Virus record (IMG/VR): IMGVR_UViG_2734482772_000014
Direction: 5' to 3' (one strand)
DNA length: 11,257 nt
From: a virus
Taxonomy: Duplodnaviria > Heunggongvirae > Uroviricota > Caudoviricetes
Every line of letters starts with the position of its first letter. Position 1 is the first letter of the stretch. Below the pieces are notes generated by a model. The model ran no database searches and was not told where the DNA came from. It saw only the letters and a program-made list of their open reading frames with translations. The position numbers and the translations under genes are program-made. Below, piece after piece: positions 7,130 through 11,257 of this stretch.

Positions 7130-7312
7130 TCATTCAGTATCACGGCGCACCTCCACGAACTCATTAACGAATCTCTCCAAAGGCTGAACACATGGCGACT
7201 GATAGCCCTCGCGGTAAAAGGTCACTCGGTTATGCTCGACGCGCTCAACGGTCACTACAGCCCCGTGCGAATCCTTGTAACGGCTTCCCGGCATCGGATT
7301 GTGGTTACGCAT
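7130..7312 (-). CDS. DUF4222-like small protein (60 aa)
   Basis: SD GGAGG 6 nt upstream of ATG 7312..7310; start overlaps the antirepressor stop by 8 nt (ATGCGTAA). Pattern GSRYKDSHGAVVTV...VTFYREGY...C...LERFVNEF resembles DUF4222 from memory. Confidence 0.45.
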   Translation of the reverse strand: MRNHNPMPGSRYKDSHGAVVTVERVEHNRVTFYREGYQSPCVQPLERFVNEFVEVRRDTE

Positions 7313-8114
7313 GGTTTACCTCCAGACGCTTAGCGAGCCAGCGTTGCGACAGGCGGGTGAGTTCTCCTTTGCGCTGCTCATATTCCATGCCCATATCAAT
7401 TAACGTGATATTGGTGCTTTCGAGATAGGCGAGGTGTTCAAGCTGTGCTGCGTTCATGCTGTCCCGTGGTTCGCCAGTAATGCCATTTGCCTGCGCCCAC
7501 TGCTTCGCCGTCATGCCACCCAGCACGATACGGGCGATCATGTTGCTCTCGTTGCTGTAGTGGCGAGCCTGCGTCTGTTTACCCTGTTCTGCGCGGGCGC
7601 TTTCCAGCGCTACGCACATCGGTTTAAACAGGTTTGCGGCACCGATACGGGCTTTTAGCTGGCGACGATAGCGGGCGGCGATTTCAGGCACGCTACGCTG
7701 TAGTGCTTCCTCGCACTGGATGAAATAACGGCGGATAGCGCGACCCTGCTCGTTGCGTTCAACCATTGCCACTTCTTTAGCCATATCCAGCGATAGCAGA
7801 TAATCATGTTCTATTTGTTGGCGAGTTTTTGCGCTCGCCAGTTTTGGCGTGCTCAAATTTTCAACACGGATAAAATCGGTTCCGGCAATAAAACCGTACT
7901 GGTCAATTCGGCCTTTAATCCAGTTAGTGAAGTCGCGGCCCACCCCCAGCGCCTTATGCAAGGCTCTGGCGCTAACAATATTGGTTTCACGCCCGCCAAT
8001 GCGTCCGGCAATAACGGGAACAATAGCGGCAAAGTCGTCGCCGTTAATTACTCCCGTGTTAACGTTGGGTTGCGGGGCGGCCTCAGAAATTAATCTGCTT
8101 TTTTCGATAGTCAT
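7305..8114 (-). CDS. AntA-like phage antirepressor (269 aa)
   Basis: N-terminal VPVIAG...VSARALHKALGVGRDFTNWIKGRIDQYGFIAGTDF matches the AntA/AntB N-terminal domain pattern (VSAR.LH..L.V...F..WIK.RI..YGF....DF). SD GGAG upstream of ATG 8114..8112. Confidence 0.6.
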   Translation of the reverse strand: MTIEKSRLISEAAPQPNVNTGVINGDDFAAIVPVIAGRIGGRETNIVSARALHKALGVGRDFTNWIKGRIDQYGFIAGTDFIRVENLSTPKLASAKTRQQIEHDYLLSLDMAKEVAMVERNEQGRAIRRYFIQCEEALQRSVPEIAARYRRQLKARIGAANLFKPMCVALESARAEQGKQTQARHYSNESNMIARIVLGGMTAKQWAQANGITGEPRDSMNAAQLEHLAYLESTNITLIDMGMEYEQRKGELTRLSQRWLAKRLEVNHA

Positions 8115-8127
8115 ATTTTCGGCTCCG

Positions 8128-8559
8128 TTATGCGGCGGTAAATGCGTCTGGGTAGAGGTTGAGAATGTCGGCTATTTCAGACTTACTAAGCCCCTGATAA
8201 CCCCCTGCGGCGGCGTTGCTGTTAACCAACTGGATAACTCGCATCACATCACCACGGCCCACAAATCTGTAGCGTAGGTGTGCGCCAATGCCATCGGGGT
8301 TCTTTTCGTCTATACGCTCAAGCTGAATATCAAGCCTGCGCTCTAACTCGCTGGCGTAGTTCCTTCCAGACGAAAGGCGGCAATAACGCAGAATATCGTT
8401 TTCTGTCCATCCCTCTATACCAGTACGCAGCATATAGACGCGGGCGCGGTGTTTCTTTGGGGTACGCCTAGGTACTTGTACCGGGCTGGTGGTCGGCGTA
8501 ATATCAGACGTGCGAATATCTGAGTTAGCCGCCTGTAATGGGCGGTTTTTCTTTTTCAT
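8128..8559 (-). CDS. Hypothetical basic protein (143 aa from ATG 8559), coupled to alpA
   Basis: ATG 8559..8557 overlaps the alpA stop (ATGA). Lys/Arg-rich N-terminus suggests nucleic-acid binding. Family not recognised. Confidence 0.5.
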   Translation of the reverse strand: MKKKNRPLQAANSDIRTSDITPTTSPVQVPRRTPKKHRARVYMLRTGIEGWTENDILRYCRLSSGRNYASELERRLDIQLERIDEKNPDGIGAHLRYRFVGRGDVMRVIQLVNSNAAAGGYQGLSKSEIADILNLYPDAFTAA

Positions 8560-8762
8560 CAAGCCACCTTTCCCCGACGTTCTGCCAGCCAGTTGTTAAT
8601 CTCTACCGCATCAAAGGCGGTAATCTTCTCGCCCAGCTTTACCGGACGTGGTAGTGAACCGTTTCTTACTTTACGGTCGATGGTGGATACACTAACGCCC
8701 AGTAATTCAGCCAGGCGGAAGCGTCTGATATAGCCTTTTGTAGGAATAGTGTCGGTGTTCAT
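8559..8762 (-). CDS. alpA: AlpA/Vis-family phage transcriptional regulator / excisionase-like (67 aa)
   Basis: Winged-HTH signature RLAELLGVSVSTIDRKVRNGSLPRPVKLGEKITAFDAVEINNWL typical of the AlpA family; position next to a P4-type integrase. Confidence 0.8.
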   Translation of the reverse strand: MNTDTIPTKGYIRRFRLAELLGVSVSTIDRKVRNGSLPRPVKLGEKITAFDAVEINNWLAERRGKVA

Positions 8763-8764
8763 GC

Positions 8765-8811
8765 TTCCCGTAACCTCTTAGCGATAGTTGTTGCTTCGTT
8801 ACGGGAGGAAG
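8765..8811 (-). promoter_or_regulatory. Inverted repeat spanning the alpA 5' UTR/RBS
   Basis: TTCCCGTAAC (8765-8774) and GTTACGGGAgGAA (8798-8811); on the minus strand the proximal arm covers the likely SD of alpA. Confidence 0.35.
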
Positions 8812-8828
8812 TATCTGTACATATATGA

Positions 8829-8860
8829 ACAATAAAAAGGCACAGTAATGATACTGTGCC
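8829..8860 (-). terminator. Rho-independent terminator for the 321-aa gene
   Basis: Minus strand: GGCACAGUA-UCAU-UACUGUGCC (perfect 9-bp stem) followed by UUUUUAUU; about 20 nt after the stop at 8877. Confidence 0.7.
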
Positions 8861-8876
8861 TGAATAGTTAGCTACT

Positions 8877-9842
8877 CTACCCCTTACCGTTGGCGGCAGC
8901 ACGTAAGTGTCTCAAAATCACATCTTCATTTGTGATTGCTAACGGTGGAATTTCGTCTTTATGAGCCACTATGCAATCCCGCCACTTCTCAGGGCTTATT
9001 TCTTTCTTTTTGCCACGGCATTCATCAGGATACTTTGACAAAAGATATATTGCAGATTTGAAAAGTTTTTCCCTGTTTTCAGCATGTCTCTCGGCATTAT
9101 GGTTGCTATTTTTTATTTCAGGTATTAGTTCCTGTTCTACCGCCATTTCGTATCGTTTTTTGCTCTTAGCTGCGTCAAAACTTCCATTAACCTTTGCGTC
9201 ATGAAGGTATTCTAAATCAGCCTTTGTTATATAAATGTTTTTATCTGACAGGCTACTCAGGTGAATTTGGGAACTTTGCATTTTGAATTTATATAGATCA
9301 CAATCAAATGTTGCTTCAAGTCGCACATATGGTTCTCCACATTCTTGTGAATGATAATGTCGTGTTGTTCTACCGCGTACACGCAACAATCCACATGCAA
9401 TTGATTTTCTTACAATAAAAGAGTTTTTGCCAATTTGTTCAAAAACATTTTTATTGTCGCTGTCTTCAACTGTCAGTGGTTTATGTGCATAAAATAGCTC
9501 ATAAGCACCGCTTTCAGATGCTGGGATATAAACTTCGTTGCTTGCGCTGGTAATAAGAAAAGGAAATGTAAACCTTACTTCTTCTGGGTACATAAGTAAT
9601 AAATCAGTTATAAAATTAGCATCTTTTTTGAAGTGGATGGTGGCATCAGATTCAATGAAATCAAGAAAGTCAGCATAGACATAAAAGTCTATATGTAGTC
9701 TATCTTTCCAATGCCATATATCATCAATTTCACAATTTAATAATTTTGATGCTCGCTCTATCGTGCAGTAGTCCAAAGGTGGAATACCTGATTCCTGCCA
9801 TAAATTTCTATGCACCACAGTTGTTTCATGAGAGTCGTTCAT
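8877..9842 (-). CDS. Orphan hypothetical protein (321 aa), AT-rich cargo between integrase and alpA
   Basis: SD AAGGTGA 7 nt upstream of ATG 9842..9840, stop TAG 8879..8877. Markedly AT-rich versus neighbours (by eye). No Walker A, HExxH or obvious hydrophobic TM stretch; C-terminal third is Lys/Glu-rich. Confidence 0.65.
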   Translation of the reverse strand: MNDSHETTVVHRNLWQESGIPPLDYCTIERASKLLNCEIDDIWHWKDRLHIDFYVYADFLDFIESDATIHFKKDANFITDLLLMYPEEVRFTFPFLITSASNEVYIPASESGAYELFYAHKPLTVEDSDNKNVFEQIGKNSFIVRKSIACGLLRVRGRTTRHYHSQECGEPYVRLEATFDCDLYKFKMQSSQIHLSSLSDKNIYITKADLEYLHDAKVNGSFDAAKSKKRYEMAVEQELIPEIKNSNHNAERHAENREKLFKSAIYLLSKYPDECRGKKKEISPEKWRDCIVAHKDEIPPLAITNEDVILRHLRAAANGKG

Positions 9843-9875
9843 TGCGTCACCTTTTACGCTGCGCCTTATTTTGTG

Positions 9876-9930
9876 ATTGAGCCAGGCGGTAAGGCTTCCC
9901 GCTTTTCGCCCCGTCGAGCTAGGCTCAATC
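9876..9930. repeat. Inverted repeat GATTGAGCC...GGCTCAATC in the int-cargo intergenic region
   Basis: 9-bp arms at 9876-9884 and 9922-9930 with a GC-rich ~37-bp spacer; no U-tract follows on the minus strand. Confidence 0.5.
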
Positions 9931-9937
9931 TATTCAG

Positions 9938-11197
9938 TTAGTTCGCCCTTCTGAGAGGCGTTACGTTGTAGTCTTTTCCGCTTTCCAGTGCCACCAGCAG
10001 ATCAGCCCACTGTGCCAGTGCTGCTTTACGCTCATCAAAATACTGATGGCGGTTATAAATCCCCTCTACGCCCTTAATGCGATGATTGAGGCATCGTTCC
10101 GCCACGACAGGATCAACACCCAACGCTGCTAAATGAGTACGTGCGGTGCGTCGGAAGTCGTGAATCGTGAAATTAGGCACATCCGGCATTTCGGCGCGAA
10201 CCTTAGCCAGTGCTACGGGCAAAGTGCTTTCCTGAATATGTGGGATCATTCTGTTTTGCATCTTCCTGGCTGGAAGCACCCATGCGCTATTACATGAAAA
10301 GGTGTGTAGCTCTCTCAACCATTCAACGGCTGGGGAAGGTAGAGGTATATCAATAGGGTCTCCGTTTTTGCTGCGTTCTTCCGGCAAATGCCATACCGCA
10401 CCATCTAAATCAAACTCTTCCCATCGTGCGGCGCATAACTCCATCTTACGAACGCATAGTGCCAGCAATAGCTTAAATGTCAGTTCGTTCTGGCGGCTGA
10501 ATCCTTTTGCGGTGCGCATAGCCTCGAATAGCCTGATAAGCTCATCGCGAGTTAGCCAACGGTCGCGGGAAACCTCTTTACCACCAGCATCAGATACTTC
10601 AAACGCTGAACAAGGGTTTATCTCCAGAGCGTGGCGTTTTATCCCGTAGTCAAAGATACGGCGTGTCCAGCGTAATACATCTGTTGCTATCGTTGGTGCT
10701 CCTCGGTCAACGATACCTTTCAACATGTCGTCAATGTGGCGTGGCTTAACGTCCTCTACCTTCATATGCCCAATGCAGGGGTTAATATCCTTATCAATTC
10801 TCCGGCGAAGGATATCGGGATGTTTCCATCTCGGAAGTATCTGGCGCTCGAAGTATTCGGAGGCCAGATCTGAAACACGCATGGCGTTTTTCTCAGCCTC
10901 CATTTTTGCCAGTGCTTCAGCTTTTCGTTCCTGTTTCTCTGCTGCTACGTCATAGCCAAGAGCAACTCTGGCTGACAGCTCTTTGGCTGTCTCTCTGGCC
11001 TTTGATAGTGATAGCTCGCTATACGAACCAATTAGCATGGCGCGGGACTTCCCTGCGAGTTTATAGCGGAATCTCCATGTGGGGGTTTTGTCGGCTTCAC
11101 GGTAACGTAGGTATAAACCGTTACCGTCTGCCCGCCCCTCGAATCGCTCTCCGCTCTTAATCCATGCGCGGATCTGCATGTCTGTTAGTTTTGGCAT
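9938..11197 (-). CDS. int: P4-type tyrosine integrase (419 aa from ATG 11197)
   Basis: N-terminus MPKLTD...GLYLRY...WRFRYKLAGK...LIGSY is characteristic of P4-family integrases; C-terminal HDFRRTARTHL (HxxR) and GIYNRHQYFDERK (catalytic Tyr region). The ORF stays open to the window edge (11257), but the MPKLTD start is the conserved one. Confidence 0.88.
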   Translation of the reverse strand: MPKLTDMQIRAWIKSGERFEGRADGNGLYLRYREADKTPTWRFRYKLAGKSRAMLIGSYSELSLSKARETAKELSARVALGYDVAAEKQERKAEALAKMEAEKNAMRVSDLASEYFERQILPRWKHPDILRRRIDKDINPCIGHMKVEDVKPRHIDDMLKGIVDRGAPTIATDVLRWTRRIFDYGIKRHALEINPCSAFEVSDAGGKEVSRDRWLTRDELIRLFEAMRTAKGFSRQNELTFKLLLALCVRKMELCAARWEEFDLDGAVWHLPEERSKNGDPIDIPLPSPAVEWLRELHTFSCNSAWVLPARKMQNRMIPHIQESTLPVALAKVRAEMPDVPNFTIHDFRRTARTHLAALGVDPVVAERCLNHRIKGVEGIYNRHQYFDERKAALAQWADLLVALESGKDYNVTPLRRAN

Positions 11198-11227
11198 TTT
11201 GCGAATATCCAAACTTTGAATAGGGGG

Positions 11228-11251
11228 TGTACCCAAAGCAATGTACCCAAA
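11228..11251. repeat. Direct repeats TGTACCCAAA x2 upstream of int
   Basis: Copies at 11228-11237 and 11242-11251 (14-bp period), within 50 bp of the int start. Candidate Int arm-type sites or int promoter operator. Confidence 0.4.
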
Positions 11252-11257
11252 CCTCAT

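Noticed and set aside
6439-7191. 250-aa minus-strand ORF from the track, fusing ~190 upstream codons to the Icd-like protein
   Set aside because: The upstream part has no SD at either candidate ATG (7191 or 6987), overlaps the well-supported DUF4222-like gene out of frame, and runs straight through the hairpin + U7 and the antisense-type repeats. The strong AAGGAGG-N7-ATG at 6631 marks the real start. The long open frame is most likely chance in GC-rich DNA, though that is unusual enough that a search with the upstream 190 aa would settle it.
9938-11257. Integrase beginning at the window-edge ATG (439 aa)
   Set aside because: The first 20 residues run through the TGTACCCAAA repeats with no SD visible in the window. 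The conserved P4-type N-terminus MPKLTD begins at 11197, so the longer form is probably an open-frame artefact, though sequence beyond the window cannot be checked.
1-11257. tRNA gene, IS element or transposase in the window
   Set aside because: No cloverleaf-like segment with a conserved T-loop (GTTCRANYC) flanked by acceptor-stem complementarity was found, and no ORF with DDE/transposase-like motifs or terminal inverted repeats was seen. The integration target presumably lies outside the window.

Overview
All supportable genes in this 11.3-kb window lie on the minus strand and look like one integrative mobile element of the P4-like / CP4-57-like family from an enterobacterial chromosome. 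This rests on protein motifs read by eye; no database search or computation was possible. Reading the minus strand from the right edge: P4-type tyrosine integrase (9938-11197), an AT-rich orphan 321-aa gene bracketed by an inverted repeat and a clean intrinsic terminator (8877-9842), AlpA/Vis-type regulator, a basic 143-aa protein, AntA-like antirepressor, a DUF4222-like small protein, a ~500-bp non-coding leader with C4/CI-type antisense logic, an Icd-like small protein, five tightly coupled small unknown genes, an alpha-like zinc-ribbon/Toprim/Walker-A primase-helicase (2288-4729), a dense iteron array (2023-2270, putative origin), a 100-aa unknown, SSB, a standalone FtsH/M41-like HEAGH peptidase-domain protein preceded by a duplicated leader, and a PerC-like regulator at the left edge. 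No rRNA, tRNA, CRISPR array or IS transposase was seen, and no psu/sid/delta capsid-hijack genes were recognised. The best candidates for something undescribed are (1) the orphan gene 8877-9842 in the integrase-proximal cargo slot and (2) the M41-like peptidase gene, which shares a duplicated ~90-bp 5' leader with the PerC-like gene. All plus-strand ORFs in the supplied track overlap better-supported minus-strand genes and are treated as antisense shadows.
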